From: Perkinsus chesapeaki ATCC PRA-425
Taxonomy: Eukaryota; Protista; Perkinsozoa
DNA: 64,000 nucleotides
Assembly (NCBI GenBank): GCA_013115145.1
Contig: JAAPAO010000086.1
Coordinates: forward strand, 1-64,000
Direction of reading: 5' to 3'
Made by a program: the position numbers and the translations under genes. Positions 1 to 12,219 of the stretch are shown here, piece after piece. The notes below the pieces were generated by a model. That model did no database searches, had not been told where the DNA came from, and worked only from the letters and a program-made list of their open reading frames with translations. Numbering within the stretch: the first letter of the stretch is position 1; each line of letters begins with the position of its first letter.

Positions 1-896
1 GTTGCACGCATACGTTAGGGTTTTCTGCGCCCTTAATAAGCCTTGGGTTATAAGTTCTTGCTGGCACTCAACAGGGGTTCCGACTCAAAATACTTGAGAT
101 AACTCTCAAATGATAATGGGCGGGAAGAGTAGACGGGGCATCCAGGAGAAGGTAACCGAGAAGCTTGGGATGCTAATTGGAATAGATTGCCAATACTAGC
201 AACCATTTTATGAGGGTTCAAAAAGACACAAGGTGTAGCTGTTGACTGCTCTCAATTACGCGATTAACGTTCAAATGGGTATCTACAGCCACCACTGTGC
301 ATCTACGGAAGAGTCTCTCAACGGATCTTCGTACCAGAAGGACGTTTTGGATTGCCAGAGTGCAGGTTTGTGTGACTTGATTCGCCATGTAACAGTGTAT
401 TGAATTAGCACGCGTGCGACACGCGCTCTCGTTACACCGAAAAGGAAGTTTTGCTGCAAAAGTTGCCGCAGCTTAGCAGCAGCACATCCACGGATGAGGT
501 CTGGAGGAACTTAAAATAACCTCTTCTTACCTGAATCGCGCCATGAAAAGTCAATTTCAGATGATTTGTTTTTTTGGTGAACTCCTGGTGACTTCTGTAC
601 TGGTCACTGCTATCTTCGCTTAACCAGGAATAAAACTATAACACAACGCCCTTGGAGGTCATACAAAGGGGAACTAATTCTACAACTGCTCACATTGGAC
701 AATAATCCAAACCCAAGAGGCAAGCTTCCGGATCAGCGGACAGTACCATTAGAATAACCGCGTATACCGTGCGCTACGGGTCGAATCAGATACCCGTATA
801 CACACTCTACACGCGTAGCGGCACCACACACAAGTTTTTGTCTGCACAACACATCACATATCACAAAGCTGGATGTGCTGCTTATGGGTGTACTTA

Positions 897-2078
897 TTAT
901 CGATTTTTCATGTCCTTCTTCCAATCTTCGCGGGATTTGGGCTTCATATAGTCCTTCCCGTAGGTGGTAGATAAGAACCAATCGACATCATTAAAGGTAG
1001 AGAATGAAATGCCATTCAGAGAGACGGTCGTTGAAGGAATGACTTTGTCGGACTCCATAACGAAACCGGCTTGGGGATGAGCTTGGTGAGAATAGGTGGT
1101 ACTAGAATTACTGGAGCTCTCGGAGACCGCATATAAGTCCACGTAGACACAACCATACTGCTGGCATATATATACCTTCGCCTTCTTGCCGCGAGCGTCG
1201 ATATCGTATACGTGACCAGCTAGGGGGTGATCCGAGCTCATGCAAACACGCCAAATATCATGCTTAAAGGTAAAATATCCACGGCTGCGCAACAACTTGG
1301 AGAACTCAGGGTTTTCCACACAGGAGGAAGTCTCATTTTTGCTCTTTAAGTAGGCCAGGTCGGCGTCTTCTGTCCAGGGAACATGTGAGCCATTCCTAAG
1401 GGCTCCGAGAGCAGTACCAAGAGTAAGCATAGGATTGCAGCCAACCTCTTCCATGGTACGGTAGACGTCATGGGCTAGCAAATCCAGCATGGCACTACCG
1501 CACACGGGCTTCGGTACCCTGGGATCTAGTAGACTGCTCCGTGTGACCCCCGCACATTCACTCGTATTCCGGTTGGGGCGTATGGGCAAACAATGCGCCC
1601 AGTGCTCTTTCGAGTTTTGACTGGGACTCATCTTATCCAAACGAGGCCCGTCACAGACCTGCTTAGCTTCTTCGTAAACCTTCATGGGCTTGAAAACACC
1701 ATCGGCGATGGCTCGATGGAATGAGTCGCCGTTCCGGTAATAGGACATGTTAATTGTACCCATCTTCGGACATTCAATGACGTTGCGTTGGGCAGTTGAT
1801 GATCTATTTACCATAGCAGAGGTTGTTGCTTGGCCTCGGAAAGAGCGGTTGTCGGCCGGCAGCACTTTCATCAAATTATTTGCCGTCAGCAACCTCGTGA
1901 GATACCCAGAGAGAAAAGATGTAGAGGCTATCAAGAGGACCCACCAGAATGAGCATCGGCCTCGTGAGAGCGCTGCTGCTCTAGACTGAGGGAGCGACTT
2001 GGCTTTGGAGAGTTGTATCCTAGTCATCGGTGGGTAAGTTCCAACTAACGAGGTGCCCTCAGGCTCGTAGAAGGGCAT
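897..2078 (-). CDS. LicD/fukutin-family nucleotidyltransferase-fold protein, type II membrane, intronless (start could be the Met at 2027)
   Basis: 393-aa uninterrupted ORF. N-terminal hydrophobic anchor FWWVLLIASTSFLSGYL; motif GTALGALRNGSHVPWTEDAD matches LicD consensus GTLLGAVRxxGxIPWDxDxD; downstream VDLY and YGKDYMKP also fit the family. Confidence 0.8.
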   Translation of the reverse strand: MPFYEPEGTSLVGTYPPMTRIQLSKAKSLPQSRAAALSRGRCSFWWVLLIASTSFLSGYLTRLLTANNLMKVLPADNRSFRGQATTSAMVNRSSTAQRNVIECPKMGTINMSYYRNGDSFHRAIADGVFKPMKVYEEAKQVCDGPRLDKMSPSQNSKEHWAHCLPIRPNRNTSECAGVTRSSLLDPRVPKPVCGSAMLDLLAHDVYRTMEEVGCNPMLTLGTALGALRNGSHVPWTEDADLAYLKSKNETSSCVENPEFSKLLRSRGYFTFKHDIWRVCMSSDHPLAGHVYDIDARGKKAKVYICQQYGCVYVDLYAVSESSSNSSTTYSHQAHPQAGFVMESDKVIPSTTVSLNGISFSTFNDVDWFLSTTYGKDYMKPKSREDWKKDMKNR

Positions 2079-2499
2079 TACAAGCTAATGCAGACAGAGA
2101 CTCTGAGATGCAATTGAGAGCGACGGGCAGTAAACACCATATTCAGTATCAAGAGAACAATTATGCTTATCGTAGACATGCCTTGACATGGTCTTATTAG
2201 CCTTCAAGACCACTAGGCTTTATAAATCGCGGAGCCACTCCCTTGGACCTAAGAGGCATACCTACTGTAGTAGAGCTGAACGTAAGACATCACTGGTTCC
2301 GGCTGCAACACAACGATCTTTTGGCTGCTGCTCGAGCTCCCTGCATTAGCCTCCAGTGCCCCATCTACCACTTTGATGGTTGCGTCTCCTCGAACGAGCT
2401 AGAGAGATGAATTCACAATGTATTTATTCACAAGCGGGAACTGTGGAAGTTGAATACCTAACTTAGGTTACCTATGGTCCGTTGGACGTTTAACCGTCT

Positions 2500-3700
2500 C
2501 AAGGTGGCGGGTTCTGGAAACTCTACGGGTATTCAATCAACGCGGGAACTTACCGGTCTAGCAGCACCAAACAAGAAGTCTTGTTTCCTCCAGTAGTCAA
2601 AATGCCGCGCCGAGTCGACTCCTGCACCTTGAAAAGCAAGACTGTAACTTCAAGTTGGATGACTGGGACAACCACGTGGATAAACATGGTTGGTTAAATG
2701 ATGCTCGCTGGTCTCCGAGCCTTGCTGATAAGTCCTGGTAATCGGTTTCGATGGATTCGGGAGATATTGGTGCAGCCGAGTAGTAAGACCTCGGGGTTGC
2801 TCGTAGTCATCTGAAAGCTCGACTGTATCTCACAAGAACAAGGATTCTTTACGGAGGTTCGACGCAGGCTTGGAATCAAAGTGGGGAGCAAAATTTGGAT
2901 TGTCGGCATCGACGGTGAGCCTGAACCTAGAAGAGGCCACTCCAACCAGACAGAATTCTATGCATTAGCTGGCTTCGTATGCGATACGGTGCAGATTCTT
3001 ACATGTCTAACCTTCCCAGACGAGTGTCTAGCCCGCGGAACTCGATTGGGCCGCCGACATCTCTTTGGTCTGAGGCTATCTTGTGGCCATGTACCTGGAT
3101 GCAACAAATCTGTTGAGTTGATCGGAGTCTCAATGGAATCGTTGTCGTGCGAGGGACAAGAATCCTGTCACAGGAGCTACACGAGAGGTGCATGGAGATT
3201 AACCCATTGTTCTAGACTAGGTCAATGGTAGGTCGCTGGAGGTTTGTAATGAAATCCAGTGGCGGGTACGCCGCCACAGGGCGTGTGGCTTAAAAAGAAT
3301 AAACCAACAGTGTGTCGCTTAGAATAATAAATCACCGTGAAACTCCCATGACGCGGAGGAAGGGCTGGTGAAGGTCCAGGAGTAAGGCCTTCTGTCTCCT
3401 GTGTCGGAGCAGAGCATGCATGTGTCCCGGTCCTCACCAGGACACTGCTCGTGGAGCTCATTCACCCACTGGGTCACTGTGGTGGGTGAAAGAGCAGGCT
3501 GCCCAACCTGGCAGTTCCACGGGCTGTATCCTACCTCCACGTCTAGGGAAGGGAGGGCTAAGGCGGCTAAAAGCGTACAGCCTTCTGAATTCAACTGTGG
3601 TTCCTTGTTTTTCGGCGCTGGCGTTGTGGGTGTTTCGATTGTTTTCCTGGAGCGCTTTGTGCTGTAGCGCTCCATATATCCGCTCTTGTGAATTTCACTC
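2500..3700 (-). mobile_element. Possible highly decayed retroelement (gag/RT-like) remnant
   Basis: Stop-riddled minus-strand frames give FRLTVDADNPNF and LFL*DTVELSDDYEQ, loosely like the Gypsy RT motifs RLxVDxRxLN and FSxLDLxxxYxQ. No intron-style gene structure. Weak. Confidence 0.25.
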
Positions 3701-5299
3701 CTCGCCTATCTCACGATGTGAGATTGATCCCAGTAGCTAACGTGGCTAACTGGGCGCGCCCGAAGCACGTGGCAAGAGATCAACAAAACTTTCGTTTTTT
3801 TCTTCGTTATTTCGAGCGATTCAATGCACCGTGGCAACATGATCATGCATATACTGTATACATATGGGCACGAGCTGTTCACGCCAAATAGTATAGGGTT
3901 GGATGTATGCATGCTCACGGGTAGATGTGAGTCGTATCATGTGACAAGCTTGCCTGTGAGAACGAGAGTATAAACAATCAAACGTATGCCCGACTGAAAA
4001 CACGAAGACCGGACAGAATTGGGATCTTGACTGAGCTACAGTACATGCCCGTGCCAGGGGCCTTGGCTCAGGGGCAACAGTTGAGTACTGGGCTGGCATG
4101 CGGAGCCTGATTCAGTACTCAGAGATTGTAGGTCAACTAATCAGTGGAGTTCACCGTAGCTCTTCTATATCGGCGCATCCGGAGTGTTCAGAACGTCCAA
4201 TAACACAGAATCTGTGTTATTTATGGGTTATTGGGTAGCTACGGCCGCGGCCGGTTGGACGTCAAACCAGCAGGCCCACTATTCACAACCCGTGACCAAT
4301 AGCATTGTTGTAGCCACTGTGATGGAAGTCGATGTCCGACTTGGTTAAAGAAGATGGACTTTCCATTGGAAGGGGGTGATAGGAGTCGCTTCTCAAACAC
4401 AAGTGAAAGACGAGTCAACTAAGGATAAGAAGAAACCTCAGAATCTTAAACCCCTCTGCCCGGACTGGAAGCCAGGACTCGACTATCAAGCACAATGAAT
4501 CAGGTTCCACTAGCTCCACGCAGCTTATGGAGGGGCCCCGCACTCAAGTGATCAGGAAGGGGCGCGCTCTACTGGTGGTGGTACACGTGCGGTGCGAGAA
4601 CCCAAATCGGGTACTCATCTCTACTACGTGCTCTAATACATGATGAGCCATAAGGACGATGCGAGCGGTGGCAACCCACCGGAAGCTATTCAGAAGCTCC
4701 TGGAAATAAGTAGTTACGGCCCTCATTACGGGCCTACAGTAAATAAGGTTATGCGTCGAAGTTCGCTAATTGTGGCGCGCAAACGCAGTGGCACGCGTAC
4801 AACTCGACTCCACCTCTCCCTCGCTCAAGTATAGCGTAAACTTGTGAATTTTGGGTGCAGCGAAAAATGTCTCGTAAAGGCCACGTAAACCACTGTGGTT
4901 GAGCCCCGGAGGCTAATTGTAAGCCCCCGGGGGTGGCTAAAGAATAAGCCAGGGAAAACCGACCACCCAAGACTCTAGCCTATATCCGGCTGCATGGAGG
5001 TTTAAGTTGAGCAAGTCGAAAGATGCAGACAACTTACCTCGTACAATTTATCCCAAATAACCTCACCAGTGTTGAGATTAACGAGCTTTACTTTGGCATA
5101 GTGCACCCAATGGCGGAACTCAATGGCGGGGTGCCTGTAAGGTACCATGACACATACAAGACTCTCTTCTTACAGGAACTTGATGTGATCATGGAAACCT
5201 TCGTAGTCGTGGACTGGGCGCTGCAGCTCGGGAGGCACTCTGTTTCGATCATATAGAGGGTGGCTTTCGGAGAGTCTAATGACGCTCGGGGGTTAGCGA

Positions 5300-7480
5300 T
5301 GCTGCAGACGTGGAGGCCTCACGCTTCGGAGTCCACTACTTCGGGATTCTTCGGTGGATGCCGAACATCGAACAGGCCCATCCTACCGTTGTGTAAAGCG
5401 CTAATTCGAACCTGCTTTGAAAACCGGGAGGGGATATTCGCTCCCTACTATCTCTGGGTACCTCTTCCCAGTTGTCTCTTCTCTTCCACACATCGGTGTA
5501 GGTATTGGGGAATTCCGCGGCATCTGGGTCCTGTGCTGTAGTGTCGCTGTTGAGGTGATGATGGGCACTAGTGCAACTAGAGTCGTCGGGGCCAGGGCGG
5601 ATTTCATATAAAGGAATGCCACCAGGGTTGGTCAGCATAGCTGGCCGTCTTGTGCCTGCGGGTAGTCTATTCGAAGCAGTTCACCATGAGCATCCTTACT
5701 GTCTAGTCGATCCAGAGCCTCCTGGTACGACTTGGGTAAATGCACGTGGCCAAAGTGCGGCCCATCATCCTTCACGTGAAATTTCTGTGTAACGGGGTAG
5801 AGCTTTCTAGCGTCGAAGGTGACCTACTCGCTTGGTCTGCACAGTGTGGGTGCTGCAAGTGTCTTACTTTGTGTAAGACAGCGTCAATTCGAGGCTCAAT
5901 TTGTGTTAGCATGTGCCTGTACGGCGAGCGTGCATGCAACCAAGCGCTTGTGTGACCCACTTCTCGTAATTGGCAACTCCTCCTTGGCGCATGAATGGAC
6001 ATGTTTCGGCCAGATTATTCTTGCCACACGCAGTATAGTGGACTTTGCCATGGGTCTGTGTGGCCGCTGTTGAACTACAAAACTAATGTGGGGCATCATG
6101 ATCATGTATCCCACTCATTCGCCGAATAGAAGGGCCAGATGCTTTTAACCATCAACGGGTGATACCTACGTCAACCGGGGTACTGGAGGATCATCGAGCC
6201 TGTGAGAGTATACTCTTCGCCGCGTATGTGCAGCTCATAGCGAAGCTGGCCGTGGTCCGGCGCACAAAGTGGGAACAGCTTTGGAATCGGGCTCTCTCTG
6301 TTGACGATTGATATCTTGGGCGAATGACCTGTGGGTTTGTTGTACAGCGGGATTCAACACCGCAGACCAATGATACGGGTATATACTGGTGCTCGATGAA
6401 AGGGACGCTCCTACCCGGGAGGACAGTATAATCTGTTTTTCCTGATGGGAGGACGAGCTCTGGGGAGAGTTTAGTGCCGCCGTGAAGATCATACCTAGAT
6501 CAAAACTCTTTAGTGTTGATATCAATGTGGTGTCATTTCCTTGAGCCTCATAGCCCGAGGTGACCGCCCAATCTCACGTTGCGTCCCAGAACTTCTGACC
6601 GGAAGCTGATAAACTGACGTGCACCCTCTCCATTGCGTGCGGAAAGATGACGGTAGGAAAGTCTGGTGGGTGATCATGAGGACGATCAGCTGATATATGT
6701 GCACCTTAGACGAACAAAGTTGATTTGACGACCCCAAGGCTTGCGTAACACTTGAAGAGATAACAAAATTTAAGAGGCAGGCTGGCCGTCTTAGCCTAAC
6801 TTTGCTAGGCGCTAAGTGGACGCGTCAACAAACCGATTGCATGGTAGACCATTCTCAATAGTTAGCCCGACCAGAGTTAGGTGTGCGTACGGAAATAACG
6901 TTACTTAAACCCATTTACATGTGAAAGAATTCAGGTCGCCGAGTTGTATTCCATTGAGTGAACCAATGCAGTGGGAGGACTGAGAGATGCTAATGACTTA
7001 TGTACTGATTGGATACGACAAGTGGATAATCGGCTACTCGGGAACCATCTTGGCAGAGATTATCCTTCACATCAACAATTAGATTACTAGCCGGTCCATC
7101 TGCGACATAGAGAAGCTGTGTATCAGAAGGATGATCGATGTTTCCGTACGACGCATTATATTGATGCCACCAGACCACCAGCTCCTTGAACCATATGAAT
7201 TCGGCACACGGACAACCTTTACGTTGGTGAGAGGGCCGACTTGATCGATCCTAACAAAGAGGAGGCCAACGACGTTAGACCACCCTAAACTCACGTCGGT
7301 AGCTTGTTATAGACCAGCTCAGAACGCCGTAGGTGCGTCGGCTCACCCCATGCCAGTTTCGAGAGGAAATTGAGTGATCTGACCTTCAAACCCAAGTGGA
7401 CAGTACCGGTTCGAGCAATGCTTGTTCCGTTTCGCTCAAGTGCAATTGTGAGGCTAGATGTGCGAAGCGACAAGCACAAA
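5300..7480 (-). mobile_element. Degenerate Ty3/Gypsy LTR-retrotransposon pol remnant (RNase H then integrase)
   Basis: Frameshifted minus-strand pieces in Gypsy order: EFIWFKE...DHPSDTQLLYVADGPASNL...LCQ..YPL, ALVHSMEY and SGRANY*EW (RNase H-like); then PHRPMAKSTILRVARII (like HPQANGxxERxHRxI), ARSPYRHM and KFHVKD (integrase core and C-terminus-like). No LTRs found. Confidence 0.5.
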
Positions 7481-7599
7481 GAGACGGGGTACTTCTTGTG
7501 GTGTTATGGATGGATGGCCGTCAACAACAGCTTCTGCTTCGACAGATACGAGCTGAATTGAGCTATCGCATGCGTGAAAGTACGCCTGAATGACTGCGT

Positions 7600-8330
7600 G
7601 GCCTACTTCCTTGAGTTGCTGGAGCGAGGGTAATGCTGAGTGACTATGCGATATAAACGGAAGGTAATCGAGAAGGCCCATACTAGTTTACACGTCAGAA
7701 CGGTTCCATGAAATCGACATAGTCGAAACAATTTAAACCTGATCCTTATGCTGGACGTGATATCGTGTACCTTGAGTGAGCCTTTCGTGACTACGTAAAA
7801 GATAATACCCAGCGTGCAGCAAAGCGAGCTGCTGGTAGATATTCACACCTGTAGACCAAGGGTGCGCTACTGAGGAACGAGCCTTCGGCAGAGGCATGCT
7901 CATATCTCGTTCTCGGAATTTATACTAGAGCAACGCATAGCAGTTGCGCGGGCAAGAACAACAGCGGTGTAAGATGAGCACCAAGACCACTTATTGTGTA
8001 GAAGTTCAAATTAAACGAGAATATCATACTGGTATGTGAGGAGTAGCACCGAGTTTGGCGCGGTAACGTAATAAGTGGCGAGGTCACAAGCGGGCGTTTT
8101 AGACAGCTGGCCGCCTTCGCCCGAAACCTCCGCCTATGCAAGACATGAGCGGTGACGTTACCGGAAAGGGTGAGAATAACATCCGTAGACGACGGACCAA
8201 CACTTCGGAGAAGTCCCTCATCATCGACATCATTCCTATTGAGGACTCCTCAATGAGGAGGACAGGCTCCGAATCACTTGATGAGCGGAAATAAGTAGAG
8301 ATGTCTGATGCTCACGACTTTTCAGTGTAA
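7600..8330 (-). pseudogene. Truncated, frameshifted paralogue of the 3' half of the unknown gene at 10038-12095
   Basis: NDVDDEGLLRSVGPSSTDVILTLSGNVTAHVLHRRR aligns to NDVDDNRLLRSMDPSSLEVIRTLFGDSTADILHRRQ; STSSSLCCTLGIIFYVV to STTSSLSLTVGITYYVV; WAFSITFRLYRIVTQH to WIFLITSRLYRIATRH. This copy has in-frame stops, a 1-nt deletion and an acceptor mutated to CAC. Confidence 0.7.
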
Positions 8331-8488
8331 GGACATTTCATCTGCTGGGGAAGCGGACGAACTGTTCAAAAATGTCGCCGCCGATATTGAGTAACACATC
8401 ACAATCGCAGAAACGCACCATGAAACACCACAACAAACTAGCTTGCCATTACTGGCAGCAGTTGTAGCTTTATGACTGTGACGTGCGG

Positions 8489-9981
8489 GTCGATATCCAT
8501 CTGAGAAATGTGCATCATCGGCTTCTCTCCAGATCTTCGCCTACTAACTAGTCGCTTGAATACGCAGACTCGCTAGCCACGACTGACACCGCTCGTTCAA
8601 GGACGTCTCCGCTTTTCCTCACAGCTTTAAACATATTAGGGTCGACAACCCGTCCAGCGGCTTCCGAGCTTTCGCTTTTACTGCTGTTTCTTTCTCGGAT
8701 GCCGGCTCGCTTCGCTTTTCTCTCTTGTCTCGACATCTCGACATCAGCTAGCCCATGTAGAGTTCCACTTGTAGGGTTGCCACAGAGCCCATCCGGTAGG
8801 GTAAGGTGCGGCTCCTCGAGTGCGGAGTCTTCGTTGGTTTCCGTCGAGTTTTTCCGCGAGGTCGCAGGACCGCTACCGAATTCACTGCCCGACAGCTTCT
8901 TAGGACTGCCTTCTTCGACCCTCAGGCTGCTCGTTTGAGAGGAGCTTCTGCCCAAACTGTCAAGTACGTCGGATGCCTCGGTGACCCAAATGCCCCTTTG
9001 AACGGTTTGCTCGGGTCCGATCATATCGCCAGAATAAGATCTTCTGAATCCCACCGAGGAAAAGAATTGAGGAACTTCCTCATCGTCGGAATAGTCCAAT
9101 TCGTTTCGCTCTCGTCGCGTCGAATCGGTGCTGAACCTTCGGACGACACTTGTTTTACGCCACCAGTTGGGAAGCCGTTGAACATGCGCCTTCCCACTGG
9201 CCATCAAATTCGTTATGCGTTCCCCGACTGAATTTATAGCTTGGGCGATTCCATTGGAGCCATCAAGGTTGGGGAGAGAAGATCGTCGACGACGTGGTGG
9301 TCCTTCAGACTCTCGTTCCCAGAGCACTTCATACCACGGTTTAGCAGCTTGAACCAGAGCCCCATCCTCATCAAATAGGAAGCTACTCTTCCACAAGTCA
9401 TACGACGCTTTCCCGGCCACTAAAGGCAACTGCCTAGTCACCTCATCTGGGAGCGGATCGCGAGGACCGTTAGAGACTTGACAGTGAATCTGTCGTTGAC
9501 GAAAGGCTGGGGAATGACATACACCGATGTTAGTTCCATCGGGGGCTCTCGAACGACCTCTTTCAAGAAATAACTGCGACTGACGTGCCGCAGTTACTTG
9601 AGCTTCAGCGCGGCGGTCACTCTCGAGCTGCAGAAAAACAATTAGTGCGCAGTCGCTGGTGAAAAGTCTTTGCCAAGAAGAACGTGTTGAGTTAAGAACG
9701 CCGTATGAAAATCGAAAGCGACAGTAACAAAGAAAAAACTGACGCTGAATTATCCAGTGTTAGTTTTTTTCCAAACCAGTCTAAATGGATCGTCACCTCA
9801 AGCCATGCGATCATCCACATAACGAGGCTGTCCTCCTCCGGCATATCCTCAAGGCAATCAGCTACCAACTTCTGTATTAAAGGGAAAAGCTGGTGCACAA
9901 GATATCTAGCCTTCTCAGGTCCGACTTGGGGAGGCAAAGCCATCTGAAGCTCTCTCTTATGCTTGACCAGATCGGCATTGG
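8489..9981. repeat. Segmental duplication, copy 1 (pairs with 15194-16701)
   Basis: Direct base-by-base match at an offset of about 6705-6726 nt; near-identical in the centre, more diverged around 8690-8945; weaker homology extends to about 8340. Confidence 0.97.
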
Positions 9982-10000
9982 GAAGGGTTGAAGGTGCCAT
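8548..10000 (-). CDS. Dpy-30/RIIa dimerisation-docking domain protein with long Ser/Arg-rich tail, copy 1 (spliced)
   Basis: First exon MAPSTLPNADLVKH...RYLVHQLFPLIQKLVADCLEDMPEEDSLVMWMIAWLE fits the YLxxxxxPxLxxLxxxxxxxxPExxxxWMxxWL D/D pattern; GT donor follows; 297-aa terminal ORF. Confidence 0.65.
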
Positions 10001-10037
10001 TAGTCCGGCCGTGTCGAGTTCAAGTACTGAAATGGCT

Positions 10038-12095
10038 TCAGTCTAACTTAGGGAGATCGCAGTTATCCCGAGCTATCGAAGAGGATGGGCAAGTGGGATG
10101 CCTAGTGGCTATGCGATATAAACGGGAGGTAATCAAGAAGATCCATTCTAATTCACACATCAAAAGGGTATCATGGACTCGGCATAGCTTACATAACCTG
10201 AATCCTTTCCTTTTCCTGGACATGATATCCTATACCTTGCGTGCCTTCTGCCACTACGTAATAGGTAATACCCACGGTGAGGGACAGCGAGCTGGTGGTA
10301 GATGCCTGCACTTTGTAGACTATGCAAGCGGGCTGCGAGGAATAGACCTCCGCCAGCGACATGCAGGAGGGGTTATTTATACTCAAGCAACGCGTAACAG
10401 ATAGTTGAGCGGACAATAACAAAGAGCGTTGTGACATGAACATTTAGAGCACTCAGGCTATCGTCTATGCTGTATGAGAAATGCTTATCATTCAAGGTGA
10501 AGTAGCATGTCACACTGGTATCTGAGGAGTATCAACAAGTTTGAAGTAATAACGTATAAAGTGATAGAGCTCACGAATGGTCGTCTTGGCAGGCTGGCCG
10601 CCTTCACCAGAGACTGCCGTCTGTGCAAAATATCCGCCGTGCTGTCACCGAAGAGGGTGCGAATAACCTCCAAAGACGATGGGTCCATACTGCGGAGAAG
10701 TCTGTTATCGTCGACATCATTCTGATCGAGGAACACAGGCCCTAGACCATCACAGGAACTGAGATGAGTAAAGCCATCGGTTGCGACCAAGTGGGCAGCA
10801 GACTCACAGCCGGCTAGTAACATCTACTGAAATCTGCCCCCGACACATCCTAGTGAGGAGAGGGAACAGGTAGACGTCCAGGTCAGGCGTGGTCCAGAGA
10901 GCGTTGAGTAGAAGGGGCCAGTTGTAGAGGCCTCCATTCACACCACGAGACATGGGCTTGGCGGAATGCAGACACATGTGCCTAAGCTAAAGAACTACGA
11001 CCGCGTTTCGTCTGGAGAACATTACCGGAAGAGCTTAGGACAGTCGAACACAAAGCTGGCATGGATGAGCCTTTCAGCACTATTGCAATCTGACGAGTCC
11101 AACCGAGAAGAGAACGACTGCAGAGGCCCGGCAAGGTCTATCATCTCCGATACTAGCGGAAGGAGGCGGTGCCTAATGGTAGATTCCGGAGCAAGGAAAC
11201 ATGATACGGCTCTAACATAAAGTGAACATGAGCTGCATCGTGATCTGAACCACTGTGCAAGAGGAAGGTTACAATTTCTCTGGCAGCCACAGGGTCAGCG
11301 GGATCCCGTAGAGTAGGCTGTCCAGAGGAGTCCACCTGTGAACAAAACCATATGATCGGCAATAGTGTTGAGGCAGTGGACGAACAAAGGGCGTTTAACA
11401 GGTGAAGAAGTGAAGGTGGTAGGGAATCCCTACCTCTGAATAAGGATACTCTTCGAATAGGTGCTTCAAGATAGCAAGGTAATAGTATCTGGGAAGAGTA
11501 ATAGAGCTTGGATGTCATGTGTTTTCTCCTACGGCTCATGCTCGAGCGTTTTCGAAATAGGGCTGACTCCAAGGCCTTGGGGCGGTAGACGATACCGCTT
11601 GCTAGTCCGAACATGTTTGCACATGGAAAGCAGACATCCAAGCTCAGAGAGTATCTACAAATGATGGCCATAGGATGGTACGACTGATCGTCCGCACCAG
11701 TCCTGGCTTCCCCTGCAGCAAGTGAGCTGGAGAGGCCCCTGGAGCAGCATTGGTATCCGCAGAAGTGAGGCTCAGTATGTATCCTAGGCAGATACGCATC
11801 CTTCATGGAATATATTAGTTCTTGTCTACCTGTACAGAGAACTCTATGAAGCTTAGTGTCGAACGTGCTGACAATCTCGCGGAGAGCGTATCTAATCCGA
11901 CCTTCGTCTACACGGGATTTGCGTGTCCGCTCACGTAGACAGGTCGTCTCTGTCACCATTCTCGGTCGTATTTATGCGGTTCCACTCGTAACGGAAAGAT
12001 GCGAAATCGCTCCGTTTGATGAAATCTTGCAGTATGCTTTGAATGGGCTGCAGCTCCATCATTGGTGCCTTTGCCTCTGCTGGGTTCTCGGCCAT
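10038..12095 (-). CDS. Hypothetical multi-exon protein, function unknown
   Basis: Likely start MAENPAEAKAPMMELQPIQSILQDFIKRSD at 12095; 268-aa ORF 11153-11959; further GT-AG-bounded exons conserved with the pseudogene at 7600-8330. Exact splicing unresolved. Confidence 0.55.
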
Positions 12096-12219
12096 TAAAA
12101 CAACAATTCGGTTGATTCTGAGCTATGCAGGAACCGAGGTGCTACGCAGTCCTTTGGTAGCGATAAGAGGGACTAAGCCATTGTCACAAGCATGTTGCAT
12201 GGTGTATAAATGTTCGTCA

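Noticed and set aside
409-519. Possible terminal exon of an upstream plus-strand gene (HACDTRSRYTEKEVLLQKLPQ...)
   Set aside because: Short, no recognisable domain, and the rest of the gene would lie outside the window; cannot be supported.
4049-4071. SL-like string CCGTGCCAGGGGCCTTGGCTCAG
   Set aside because: Needs several gaps to align to the spliced leader and no convincing plus-strand gene follows.
8238-8254. Perfect 8-bp inverted repeat ATTGAGGA-C-TCCTCAAT in the pseudogene
   Set aside because: Could be an excision footprint, but a palindrome this short is expected by chance in 64 kb.
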